DNA of 64,000 bases from Halococcoides cellulosivorans. GTDB lineage: Archaea > Halobacteriota > Halobacteria > Halobacteriales > Haloarculaceae. How positions within the stretch are numbered: the stretch's first letter is position 1; each line of letters starts with the position of its first letter. The translations under genes and the position numbers were made by a program. The notes under the pieces are model-generated. The model saw only the letters and a list, made by a program, of their open reading frames with translations, had not been told where the DNA came from and ran no database searches. This document shows, one piece after another, positions 1 to 11,415 of this stretch. The stretch lies in the NCBI RefSeq assembly GCF_003058365.1, contig NZ_CP028858.1:1846836-1910835 (forward strand), in the 5' to 3' direction.

Positions 1-1631
1 GCCGTTTCGTCCGTCGCGTCGGCGGCCGCCGTCACAGCTGTCTGATCCGTTCCCGAAATGATCGGTTCGACGACGGGGTCCTCCTCGCCCGTCGTGATTC
101 CGTCGTCCGACGCCCCGGTGTCTTGTGGAGTCCCGTCGCCAGCCGACGGCTCCGCAGCGTCCGCGGTCTCGTCACCGCTCGACAGCTCCACAGCGTCCGC
201 GGTCTCGTCACCGCTCGACGGCTCCGCAGCGTCCGCGGTCTCCTCGTCCGCCTCGGATTCGGTCGACGGATCGAGCGCCGCCAGCGCCCGGGGGATGGCC
301 TCGGCGAGCCGATCGTTCGTCGCGCCGCGCAGCGCGGCGATCTGGTCGTCCACGGGCCGGACCACCGCCGGGCGCTGTTCGGCCAGCGCGGCGAGCGTCT
401 CCGCGCTCCGGGCCTGGACGGCCGTGTCGTCGTGATCGAGTGTCGCGGCGATCCGTTCAACGTGGTCGACGAGTGCGTCCGGGTGGGCCCCGGCGACGGT
501 GGAGAGCGCTTCGAGGGCCTGTTCGACCACGGCAGGACCGTCGTCGAGGCGGGCGACGAGGTCGGCGACGGCGGGGCGAACGTCGTCGGGATACACACGC
601 CCGACGGACGCGAGGAAGTCCGCCGCAAGTCGTCGCGTCGACGAGTCGTCGGCGTCGAGCACCGCGACCGCGTCGTCGGTGAGGTGTCGAACGGCGTCCG
701 GATGCGAGTATCCGAACTTCGTGAGCGCCCAGAGCGCGGCGGTGCGGGTTCGTGGCTCGTCGTCGATGACGCCGCCGAGCGGGTCGACGGCGGGGGCGAC
801 GGCACCGGGATGCGCTCTGGACACCTCCCGACAGATGATCGCGGCGTATGCCCGACAGTCGTCGGTATCGTGATCGAGATGGGCCGCGACGTCCACCACT
901 GCCCCCTCGACGGCATCGGGACACTCCGTCGCGATCCCGGCGAGCGCGAGCAGGGGGTCCCGCATCGTGTCGTGATCCTCACGATGAAGGAGCGTCCGGA
1001 GCGCTGGCACGGTCGATCGGACGCGCTCGGGATACGTGCTGGCGATCCCACCGAGCGTGCCCGCCGCCCTGGTCCGCACCTCCGGGGCGGGATTGTCGAG
1101 TTGCTGGGCGAGCCAGTCGATCTCGGGAACCACCAGGTCGGCGTCGTCCCAGGCGAGCTGTCGGAGCGCACCGAGGAGGTTGATCCGGACGTCACACTGC
1201 GATCCGTGGAGCGCGGCCCGGATCGCCTGGCTCTGAGCGCCCACATCGTCGATATTCTGGTCCGCGATCCCGTCGATGGCACGCGCGGCGGACACACGAA
1301 CGCGGTAGTCCGGAGCGTCGAGATACGGGAGAAACTGCTCGGTCTCCCACCCGATGATGTCGTATTCGATGCCTCTCGAGATCGTGTCGAGGGCCCGGCG
1401 TTCGAGCCGTTCACCATACTCGGACCGGTCGACCACGCGGTCGAACGCCGCATCGATTGCGTCGAAATCGGTCGTCGCGAGCGCACGGAGCGCGGCCGCG
1501 GCGTCCCGACGGGTGTCCTCGCGGTCGACGTTCAGGAGGCCGACCAGATACGGCGCTTCGGACGCGATCGACGATGGGTCGCGCTCGGCCTGGTCGCGGA
1601 GGTGGGCCGCGCGCCGACGTCGCTGCTGCAT
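1..1631 (-). CDS. HEAT/PBS-lyase-like repeat protein, 3' end runs off window start (partial); acidic C-terminal tail with 12-aa tandem repeats
   Basis: Manual minus-strand translation from ATG at 1631 gives an acidic protein with repeated A-x-x-ALxxIG/-DxxVRxxAAxAL HEAT/PBS-lyase motifs. The frame stays open to position 1, which is why it is absent from the complete-ORF track. Competing plus/minus ORFs (32..1486, 123..2042) are Arg/Ser-rich artefacts. Confidence 0.6.
   Translation of the reverse strand, partial: MQQRRRRAAHLRDQAERDPSSIASEAPYLVGLLNVDREDTRRDAAAALRALATTDFDAIDAAFDRVVDRSEYGERLERRALDTISRGIEYDIIGWETEQFLPYLDAPDYRVRVSAARAIDGIADQNIDDVGAQSQAIRAALHGSQCDVRINLLGALRQLAWDDADLVVPEIDWLAQQLDNPAPEVRTRAAGTLGGIASTYPERVRSTVPALRTLLHREDHDTMRDPLLALAGIATECPDAVEGAVVDVAAHLDHDTDDCRAYAAIICREVSRAHPGAVAPAVDPLGGVIDDEPRTRTAALWALTKFGYSHPDAVRHLTDDAVAVLDADDSSTRRLAADFLASVGRVYPDDVRPAVADLVARLDDGPAVVEQALEALSTVAGAHPDALVDHVERIAATLDHDDTAVQARSAETLAALAEQRPAVVRPVDDQIAALRGATNDRLAEAIPRALAALDPSTESEADEETADAAEPSSGDETADAVELSSGDETADAAEPSAGDGTPQDTGASDDGITTGEEDPVVEPIISGTDQTAVTAAADATDET
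145..245. repeat. 36-bp tandem repeat (about 2.7 copies) inside the HEAT-repeat gene, encoding ETADAAEPSSGD-like 12-aa repeats
   Basis: Units gacggctccgcagcgtccgcggtctcgtcaccgctc at 145-180 and 181-216, plus a partial third copy, are visible directly. Confidence 0.7.
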
Positions 1632-1752
1632 CGTCCGACCGTGCGCACCGGTGGGTCAAAAGGGTCGTGTCTACCACCGCGCACGGTGACGATCGCGAGC
1701 ACACGTCGAAACGCCAATATGCGGGCCCCGCGGACGTGCGGCAAGCTCACAG

Positions 1753-3648
1753 ATGGAGCCATTCAGCCCCTGGATCGGCGCAGCATCGGCACTGTTCGTC
1801 GTCGCCGTGCTCGCGGCGTACATGGACGCACTCGAACAGCCGACCTGGGAGCAGGTGCTCGCCCTCGGAGCGATCTTCGTCTCGACGGCTGGCCTGCTCG
1901 TCACCTTCGACTGGCGGATCATCCCGATCGGTGTCGTCGGGACTGTCCTGTACGTCTTCGTCGACGAGGACGACGGCGAATCGCTCGGGTCGGACGACAA
2001 CGACGAGCACGTCACCGACGCCGAGGACCTCGTCGAGAGTGACCCGGGACGGGATTTCGACGACGTCGGCGGCATGAACGACCTGAAAGCGACGCTGCGC
2101 GAGCGGGTCATCCGGCCGTTACGATCGCCCGGGCAGTACCAGCGGTACGGCCTCGGAGCGACCGACGGCGTGCTGTTGTACGGCCCGCCCGGCTGTGGGA
2201 AGACGTACATGGCGGGCGCGGTCGCGGGCGAACTGGGGTTCAACTTCATCGAGGTCGGCCCGACGGACTTCGCGAGCAAGTGGGTCGGGCAGGCCCCACA
2301 GAACGTCGAGAACGTCTTCGAGGCCGCACGCGAGCACAGTCCGTGTATCGTCTTCATCGACGAGATCGACGCCGTCGCGGGCGACCGGAGCAGTGACATG
2401 ACCAACAGCGAACAGCAGATGGTCAACCAGTTGCTCACCGAACTCCAGTCCGACAACGACGACGTCGTCGTTATCGGCGCGACGAACTACCTCGACGATA
2501 TCGACGACGCAATCCTCCGATCGGGCCGGTTCGACGAGCGCATCGAAGTGCCCCCACCGGACCCCGCCGCCCGTGAAGAGATCTTCGCGTTGCACTTGCC
2601 CGATCGGAAGACCACCGACGGGATCGACCTCGACGCCGCGGTCACGGCGACCGAGGGATACGCGTCGAGTGACGTCGAACTCGTCGCCGAACTCGCCGCA
2701 CGCCACGCGATGGCGGCCGGCGACCCGGTCGACAGCGGGCACGTCGCGGCAGCCATCGAGGAGACCACGACGAGTCTGACCGGGTGGCTCCACCGCTACG
2801 ATCACATCGGACTCGGCGAGGACAGTTCGGTCGCCCAGCCGGACGGGACGAACCTCCCGGCCGCAGAGGTCGTCGAGAGCGACCTGGCGACGACCTTCGA
2901 CGACGTCCCCGGCATGAACGATCAGAAACGAGCACTCGTCGAACGGTTGATCGAACCGCTCGCGAACCCCGACGCGTACGCCGATCACGACGTCGACGTC
3001 GTCGACGGCGTCGTACTCTACGGCCCACCGGGCTGTGGGAAGGCGGCGCTTACTCGCGCACTCGCGGGTGAACTGGGGCTTCCGCTGATCGAACTCGGCC
3101 CCGAGACCCTGGTCGAGCGCGACGACGCCGATCCGGGCGAGGTCGTCGACGAACTCTGTGCCATCGCGCGGGCGAACGCCCCGTCGGTCCTCCACGTCGA
3201 GGCGCTGGAGACACTCGCCCCGACCGACGCCCGTCAGGCCACGCTCGGCCACCACCTCGCCAGCGCGCTCCGGGCGATCGAATCGGCCGACGTCGTGGTC
3301 GTCGGGACGACCAGTGACCTGACGAGCGTCGAGAACGAGGTCCTCGCGACGGGCGTGTTCGACGATCGCATCGAAGTCCCCGCTCCCGATCGCGACACTC
3401 GGCAGGCGGTACTCGAAGCGTGGATCGACGCCGACGTCGTCGCCGACCACTTCGACTGGGGGCGTGGCGCACGCGTGCTCGACGGCTATGCGCTGACCGA
3501 CATCGAGACGATCGCCGAACAGGTCGCCCGGACCGCCGTCCGTACCGACGATCCCGCGACCGTCGGCGACGTGGAGCGCGTCGCCGAAGAGATCGGCTCC
3601 AGTCTCGGTGAGTCCGTCGAACAACCTGGGCTGAGTTACATCAATTAG
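1753..3648 (+). CDS. Membrane-anchored tandem AAA+ ATPase (Cdc48/VCP-like D1 with intact Walker A/B; degenerate D2)
   Basis: N-terminal hydrophobic segments, then GPPGCGKTY...IVFIDEIDA (AAA D1). A second GPPGCGKAAL domain lacks the DExD Walker B. An acidic linker separates them. Confidence 0.8.
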   Translation: MEPFSPWIGAASALFVVAVLAAYMDALEQPTWEQVLALGAIFVSTAGLLVTFDWRIIPIGVVGTVLYVFVDEDDGESLGSDDNDEHVTDAEDLVESDPGRDFDDVGGMNDLKATLRERVIRPLRSPGQYQRYGLGATDGVLLYGPPGCGKTYMAGAVAGELGFNFIEVGPTDFASKWVGQAPQNVENVFEAAREHSPCIVFIDEIDAVAGDRSSDMTNSEQQMVNQLLTELQSDNDDVVVIGATNYLDDIDDAILRSGRFDERIEVPPPDPAAREEIFALHLPDRKTTDGIDLDAAVTATEGYASSDVELVAELAARHAMAAGDPVDSGHVAAAIEETTTSLTGWLHRYDHIGLGEDSSVAQPDGTNLPAAEVVESDLATTFDDVPGMNDQKRALVERLIEPLANPDAYADHDVDVVDGVVLYGPPGCGKAALTRALAGELGLPLIELGPETLVERDDADPGEVVDELCAIARANAPSVLHVEALETLAPTDARQATLGHHLASALRAIESADVVVVGTTSDLTSVENEVLATGVFDDRIEVPAPDRDTRQAVLEAWIDADVVADHFDWGRGARVLDGYALTDIETIAEQVARTAVRTDDPATVGDVERVAEEIGSSLGESVEQPGLSYIN

Positions 3649-4336
3649 GCAGCCAGCCGAACTCGATCGCGAGTACGACCGCGACCACGAGGACGCCAAG
3701 CACGGCGACCAGACGATGCGCCCCGGTCGATTTCGGCGCGCGGTAATCGGAGATCATCAGCGGACAGGCCAGAACGATCGTCAGCGCCGCGAGCCACCCG
3801 TTCCAGACGTCGGTCAACGCCACCAGCAAGTAGTTCGCCACGACGACAGCGTTCGTGTGGACGACGGTCGTCCCATGATAATATTTCGTCTGATCGATCT
3901 CGGTGAACCCCTCGACGGTGTGGCGAACGAGTCGCAGACCGCCGATGGCGAGGATGGCGAAGCCGACGACGACGCTCGCGCCGACGTGTGGGGACAGTTC
4001 CAGATCGAAGAGTAGCGCCGCTGTCACCAGGTAGACGAACACGTCGACGTAGGAGTCGATCCGGCGGCCGAGATCCGAGTCCGTCCCGCGATATCGCGCC
4101 CACGATCCGTCGAGTTTGTCGAACACGAACGCCGCGATCATCGCGACGATCGCCCAGTTCGGCTCCCGGCCGACGAACAACAGCGTCGCCACCCAGGCGA
4201 AAAAGAGGGCGACGAGACTCAGCAGATCGGCCCCGACGAGCGTGGAGACCACACTCGTCCGATCCGCGTCCGCCGTCGGGTCGATCCAGGGCAACCGCCG
4301 ACGGAGTTCGCGGATCGGCCCCCAATCGTCGGGCAT
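3641..4336 (-). CDS. CDP-alcohol phosphatidyltransferase family protein (archaetidyl-serine/inositol-phosphate synthase-like)
   Basis: DG-x2-AR-x8-G-x3-G-x3-D-x3-D motif (FDKLDGSWARYRGTDSDLGRRIDSYVD) and a multi-TM profile. Start placed at the internal ATG (MPDDWGPI) because upstream residues are Arg-rich junk. Confidence 0.75.
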   Translation of the reverse strand: MPDDWGPIRELRRRLPWIDPTADADRTSVVSTLVGADLLSLVALFFAWVATLLFVGREPNWAIVAMIAAFVFDKLDGSWARYRGTDSDLGRRIDSYVDVFVYLVTAALLFDLELSPHVGASVVVGFAILAIGGLRLVRHTVEGFTEIDQTKYYHGTTVVHTNAVVVANYLLVALTDVWNGWLAALTIVLACPLMISDYRAPKSTGAHRLVAVLGVLVVAVVLAIEFGWLPN

Positions 4337-4457
4337 TGTCGGGCGGAGATTGCGCCCCCGCGCTGAAAAAGCCCCCACGTTGGCGTGGTCGGGTCGCCCG
4401 GAGCACTCTCGTCTCGGTCGCGGTAGATTCATCCTGACGGGCGCCGACCGACAGCGC

Positions 4458-4901
4458 GTGCGCATCGACCGCGACGAACTCCGCGCTGGCCTCCGTGCGA
4501 CCACCCCGTACCTGCTCGCCCACCACACGCCCGATGCGTGGGATCACTGTTACCGAACCACGATATTGGGGCGGACCATTCGGCTCTGTGCGCGGTGTCT
4601 GGGGATCTATCCGGGTGTGCTCGTCGGCCTCGTGCTCGCGACGGCGCTCCCGTCCGGCCCTGGCCTGGCCCTCGTCGCGGTCGGCCCGCTCCCCGCACTG
4701 CTCGACTGGACGATCACCGGCCTGACCGACCGTCGGGGAGTCAATCCGGTCCGGACGGCGACCGGCGCGGCGCTCGGTATCGCCTACGGCGTCGGCCTCT
4801 GGACGCTCGTCGTCGACCGATCGGCGGTGGTGTTCGCCGTCGGTGTCGGCTACGCCCTCCTCGCGGTCGGGGCGCTGGTCGTCGTCCACCGAAAGGAGTA
4901 G
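4458..4901 (+). CDS. Integral membrane protein with CxxC/CARC cysteine motif (DUF2085-like?); start codon uncertain (no in-frame ATG; GTG 4458 or TTG 4380)
   Basis: C-terminal 100 aa are strongly hydrophobic (ALPSGPGLALVAVGPLP...). The upstream part of ORF 4116..4901 is antisense to the CDP-OH transferase gene. Confidence 0.45.
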   Translation: MRIDRDELRAGLRATTPYLLAHHTPDAWDHCYRTTILGRTIRLCARCLGIYPGVLVGLVLATALPSGPGLALVAVGPLPALLDWTITGLTDRRGVNPVRTATGAALGIAYGVGLWTLVVDRSAVVFAVGVGYALLAVGALVVVHRKE

Positions 4902-4937
4902 TTTTTTCTCGGGTCTCCGAGACGGTTCTGGCGAGAG

Positions 4938-5264
4938 ATGGCTTACTGTCAGAACTGCGGTGAGAGCGTCGAGGAGTCCGCGGACGTCTGTCCCGAGTGT
5001 GGGGCCAGCCTGCCCTCCGAGGACGCCACGGACTCCGAAAAGGTGGTCGCGGGCGTGTTCGCGATCCTCCTCGGGAGTATCGGGGCCCACAAGTTCTACC
5101 AGGGGAACACCAAACTCGGCGTCCTCTATCTCTGCTTTTTCTGGACGGGCCTCCCCGGCGTGATCGGTCTCGCTGAGGGAATTTTGATGCTCGTTGCCGA
5201 CGACCACGAGTACGAGCAGAAATACGCCGACGGGAGCGTCTTCGGGAGTTTCGATTTCGACTGA
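4938..5264 (+). CDS. TM2-domain protein with N-terminal zinc ribbon
   Basis: CQNCG...CPECG zinc ribbon followed by a TM2-like segment (FAILLGSIGAHKFYQGNTKLGVLYLCFFWTGLPG). Confidence 0.8.
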   Translation: MAYCQNCGESVEESADVCPECGASLPSEDATDSEKVVAGVFAILLGSIGAHKFYQGNTKLGVLYLCFFWTGLPGVIGLAEGILMLVADDHEYEQKYADGSVFGSFDFD

Positions 5265-5304
5265 GGGCCGGGATCGAAACTGCGCCGACAGGTGACCGGG
5301 CCGT

Positions 5305-7887
<2,583 letters not shown>

Positions 7888-8099
7888 GCTCTGGCGGTCG
7901 CGGGCCGGCTTCAAAGCCGTTGGGTCCCCGACCGGACTCACGATGAGCCGACGGGTCGTCGACCCCCAAGACATCGAGGGCAGTCCCAGCGTCGGTCCCA
8001 ACCCGGACTGGCGCTTCAAAATATTGTAGCTGATACTGTAACTCCCCAGCGGGCGACAGACGCGCCCGACCCTAATTCGCAATTTTGGGTTCTTTTCCG

Positions 8100-8209
8100 T
8101 GTGTTTTAGCAAAATTCAGCCACCAGTTACGGCCACACTACCGACACAATTATCAATACTGATTGTAGTAACACCACATTGAAGGCGAGTAAGGAGGTAT
8201 TAATCAGCG
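8100..8209 (+). promoter_or_regulatory. AT-rich promoter region of the archaellum accessory operon with Shine-Dalgarno-like AAGGAGGT upstream of the start
   Basis: The only AT-rich stretch locally (ttttagcaaaattc, caattatcaatact: TATA-like). GGAGGT lies about 14 nt before ATG 8210. Confidence 0.3.
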
Positions 8210-9784
8210 ATGAGTGCCCTCGCGTCGATCCCCCTCGATGTCGTCCATTCGGTCGACCCGGGGACGGTCGCGGTGTTCTCGGTTCTCGCTGGCGGCCTCG
8301 GCATGAGCATCCGGAACGTCTTCGACTCGATCATGTCCGAGGAAGACGGCGACGAGGACGACGAGGGCGACGAGGACGACCTGATGGGCGGTGACGACGA
8401 CCTCGGAGGACTGGGCGATTTCGACGACGGCGACGACGAGTTCGGTGACTTCGACGACGGCGACCTGGGCGACATGGAGGGCGACGGCGCCGACACGGAC
8501 GAACTCGAACACCGTCTCGACGAGATCGAAAACGAGGTCGGGAGTCTGTCCTCGACGGTCAACACCGTCCGCAACGAGAACGAACAGATCAGTGAGACCG
8601 TCGACGACGTCGAAGAGAACGTCCGCAAACTGCTCGACATCTACGAGATGGTGACTCGCGGCGTGAACCCCTTCGCTGACGACGTCGAGGGGTCCGGGTT
8701 CGCCGGCGGCGGAGCCGAGGGCTCCTTCGGACTGTTCGACTCCGAACCCGACGAACAGGACGACGACGACGCTCTCGACGAGGATCTCGCGGACGCCGAC
8801 CCCGAGGGCTTTTTCGACGAAGACCTCGCGGACGATCCGGACGATTTCGACGACGTCGACGACTTCGGCAGCGGAGCCATCGACAGCGGTGAAAGTGACG
8901 GATCGAGCAGTGCCGACGATAGCGGTGGCGACGGCGGCAAGTCGTTTCAGGACCTCAAAGACGAGTACGAGAACGGCGACGCGGAGTGGGCCGAGGGTGA
9001 GGACCCGGACGACGTGGAGAGCTTCGACGACGAGTTCGACGACGAAGCCCTGGACGACGAGTTCGACGACGAGGCTCTGGACGACGATTTCGACGACGAG
9101 GCCCTTGACGAGGCCGCCGAGGACGCGCTCGACGACGGACTGTCAGAGGACGCCTCCGACGACGCGGACGAGACGAGCGACGAGGCGATGGACGATCTGG
9201 CCGACGACGACCTGTTCGACACCGTCATCGACGACGAGGAACCGACCGCTGAAGAACCGACCGACGAGTCGGGCGATGACCCTGCGCCCAGTCAGGATCC
9301 CGAACCGTCGCCGGATCCCGATCCAACCACCGAGACGACCGCACGACCGGATTCGGTCGACGACACAGACGCGGCCACCGATGAAGACGCGATCGACGAG
9401 ACCGCAGATCCCGCGACGGCGACCGATGACGGCGAGTCGGCAGCCACGACCGCTGGCGACGGGAAGCCCTACCTGACGACGGTCCCCGACGGGCCGGTCC
9501 GTGAGGTCGTGACGATCGAGTGGCTCGAACACCTCGTCGACCGCCTCGGGACGAGTAACGCCCGACAGGCACTCCAGTACTACGAGCGGATCGGCTGGAT
9601 CAGCGCGGACGCGCGTGCGGAACTCGAACGCTATCTCGCGGGCATCGACGGCGAGCCGACGGGAGTCGACCCCGACGTCGAGGTCCACACGACCAGCCTG
9701 GGGTACATCCAGGAATTGAACGGGACGGGCCGATCGTCGATCGGCCTCGGCAGTGGAGGTGACCTGGATGGGATTCAGCGTTAG
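8210..9784 (+). CDS. flaCDE: Archaellum accessory protein FlaC/D/E-type (ArlCDE): N-terminal coiled-coil FlaC-like region, about 270-aa D/E-rich linker, C-terminal FlaD/E domain
   Basis: C-terminal WLEHLVDRLGTSNARQALQYYERIGWISADARAELERYLAGI is the FlaD/FlaE domain signature. It sits first in the F-G-H-I-J operon. Confidence 0.8.
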   Translation: MSALASIPLDVVHSVDPGTVAVFSVLAGGLGMSIRNVFDSIMSEEDGDEDDEGDEDDLMGGDDDLGGLGDFDDGDDEFGDFDDGDLGDMEGDGADTDELEHRLDEIENEVGSLSSTVNTVRNENEQISETVDDVEENVRKLLDIYEMVTRGVNPFADDVEGSGFAGGGAEGSFGLFDSEPDEQDDDDALDEDLADADPEGFFDEDLADDPDDFDDVDDFGSGAIDSGESDGSSSADDSGGDGGKSFQDLKDEYENGDAEWAEGEDPDDVESFDDEFDDEALDDEFDDEALDDDFDDEALDEAAEDALDDGLSEDASDDADETSDEAMDDLADDDLFDTVIDDEEPTAEEPTDESGDDPAPSQDPEPSPDPDPTTETTARPDSVDDTDAATDEDAIDETADPATATDDGESAATTAGDGKPYLTTVPDGPVREVVTIEWLEHLVDRLGTSNARQALQYYERIGWISADARAELERYLAGIDGEPTGVDPDVEVHTTSLGYIQELNGTGRSSIGLGSGGDLDGIQR

Positions 9785-10208
9785 TGGGTCGGCAGCGATC
9801 ATCTTCGCCGCGATGTTCATCGCGTTCGGAATGTTTTATACAGCGACGACGACCAGCGCCGATCGGGTGACCGACGCCACCGACGACTGGCGCGACCGAT
9901 CGCTCGACCTGCAGAACGCGGCGATCACCGTCGAGAACGTCACCGTCGAGTCCAGCGGCGGGACCTACGCCGTCAACGCGACGGTCCTGAACACGGGCGG
10001 AGCGACGCTCGCAGTCTCTCGGACGGATTTCTTGATCGATAACACCTACCAGACCGCGTTCGTCGACCGGGCCGTCGAGGGTGACGGCGAGACCGACCTC
10101 TGGGTGCCCGGCGAGCGTCTGACCGCGAACATGACCGTCGGGAGTGCGCCGAGCCGACTCCGGGTCGTCACCGACCACGGCGTCGCCGCGACGGAGGTGA
10201 TCGCCTGA
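9768..10208 (+). CDS. flaF: Archaellum protein FlaF (ArlF)
   Basis: N-terminal TM helix plus beta-rich body (FlaF/FlaG family) and operon position. GGAGGTGA lies before the ATG at 9768; the track start 9753 is GTG. Confidence 0.8.
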   Translation: MGFSVSGSAAIIFAAMFIAFGMFYTATTTSADRVTDATDDWRDRSLDLQNAAITVENVTVESSGGTYAVNATVLNTGGATLAVSRTDFLIDNTYQTAFVDRAVEGDGETDLWVPGERLTANMTVGSAPSRLRVVTDHGVAATEVIA

Positions 10209-10657
10209 TGGCGAGCGTCTCGGCGTCTCACCTGATCATCTTCATCGCGAGCATTCTCGTCGCGGCGACCGTCGCCGGAACGATCACCGCGACGGTTGCC
10301 GACATGAGTCAGTCACTCGAAACACAGGGTGTCGACGTCTCGGATCAGATCGCGACCGATTTCGCGGTCATCACCGACGCCGGCGCACAGGTGTACGATC
10401 GCGACGGGGCAGAGAACGTCACCCTACACGTCAAAAACACCGGGTCGCGGTATCTCCCGGACGACGCCAGTCAGATCGACGTCTTCGTCGACGGTGAGTA
10501 CACGACCGACGTGACGGTGACGATCGTCGACGGGACGGCCTGGACGCCCGGGTCAGTCGCGCGGTTCGACGTCGCCGCCCCCGGCCTGACGACTGGCGAT
10601 CACCGCGTCAAGATCGTCGCCGGCGGCCACGAGGAGGTGTTCGAATTCCGACTATGA
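10208..10657 (+). CDS. flaG: Archaellum protein FlaG (ArlG)
   Basis: N-terminal hydrophobic helix (MASVSASHLIIFIASILVAATVAG), FlaG fold-like body, and operon position. Confidence 0.8.
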   Translation: MASVSASHLIIFIASILVAATVAGTITATVADMSQSLETQGVDVSDQIATDFAVITDAGAQVYDRDGAENVTLHVKNTGSRYLPDDASQIDVFVDGEYTTDVTVTIVDGTAWTPGSVARFDVAAPGLTTGDHRVKIVAGGHEEVFEFRL

Positions 10658-11415
10658 GCGTCGCAACACAAGACCTGTACTCGATCGGACTGAGCGAGCG
10701 AGACCGACTGAACAAGGAACTCGGCGGCGGGTTCCCCCCGGGCAGCATCGTCCTCATCGAGGGCGACTACGGGGCCGGCAAGTCCGCGATGACCCAGCGG
10801 TTCTCGTATGGCCTCTGTACGGAGGGCCACCAGGTCACCTATCTCTCGACGGAGATCACCGTCGGCGGCTTTCTCGAACAGATGCACTCGCTGGACTACG
10901 GCATGGTCCAGCACCTCCTGGACGAGCAGATTCTCTTCTTGCACGCCGACATCGCGGACACGAACACGTTCCAGAACAGCGACGAAGAGACCGAGCGCAA
11001 GGAACTGCTCCGGCGTCTGATGGAGGCCGAGGCGATGTGGGAGTCGGACATCATCCTCATCGACACGTTCGACGCCATCCTGCGGAACGACCCCAAATTC
11101 GAGGCGCTGATCCGCCAGAACGACGAACGACAGGCGGCCCTGGAGATCATCTCCTTTTTCCGTGACGTCATCTCGCGGGGGAAGGTCATCGTGTTGACGG
11201 TCGACCCGTCGACGCTGGCCGAGGAGGCGATCGGGCCGTTCCGGTCGATCGCTGACGTCTTCCTCGAACTGGAGATGGTCGAGGTCGGCAACGACGTCCG
11301 CCGCCAGATCTCCGTCAAGCGGTTCGCGGGCATGGGCGAACAGGTCGGAGACAGTATCGGCTACTCCGTCCGCTCGGGGACGGGGATCGTCATCGAATCG
11401 AGGAGTGTCGCATGA
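10654..11415 (+). CDS. flaH: Archaellum ATPase-like protein FlaH (ArlH), KaiC/RecA-like
   Basis: Walker A GDYGAGKSAM and a KaiC-like fold. Its start overlaps the flaG stop. Confidence 0.9.
   Translation: MSVATQDLYSIGLSERDRLNKELGGGFPPGSIVLIEGDYGAGKSAMTQRFSYGLCTEGHQVTYLSTEITVGGFLEQMHSLDYGMVQHLLDEQILFLHADIADTNTFQNSDEETERKELLRRLMEAEAMWESDIILIDTFDAILRNDPKFEALIRQNDERQAALEIISFFRDVISRGKVIVLTVDPSTLAEEAIGPFRSIADVFLELEMVEVGNDVRRQISVKRFAGMGEQVGDSIGYSVRSGTGIVIESRSVA

Noticed and set aside
123-2042. 639-aa plus-strand ORF (and 32..1486 minus ORF) covering the window start
   Set aside because: Arg/Ser/Gly/Pro-rich composition typical of out-of-frame translation of high-GC DNA. The alternative minus frame gives an acidic HEAT-repeat protein, and the 3' half overlaps the well-supported AAA ATPase gene.
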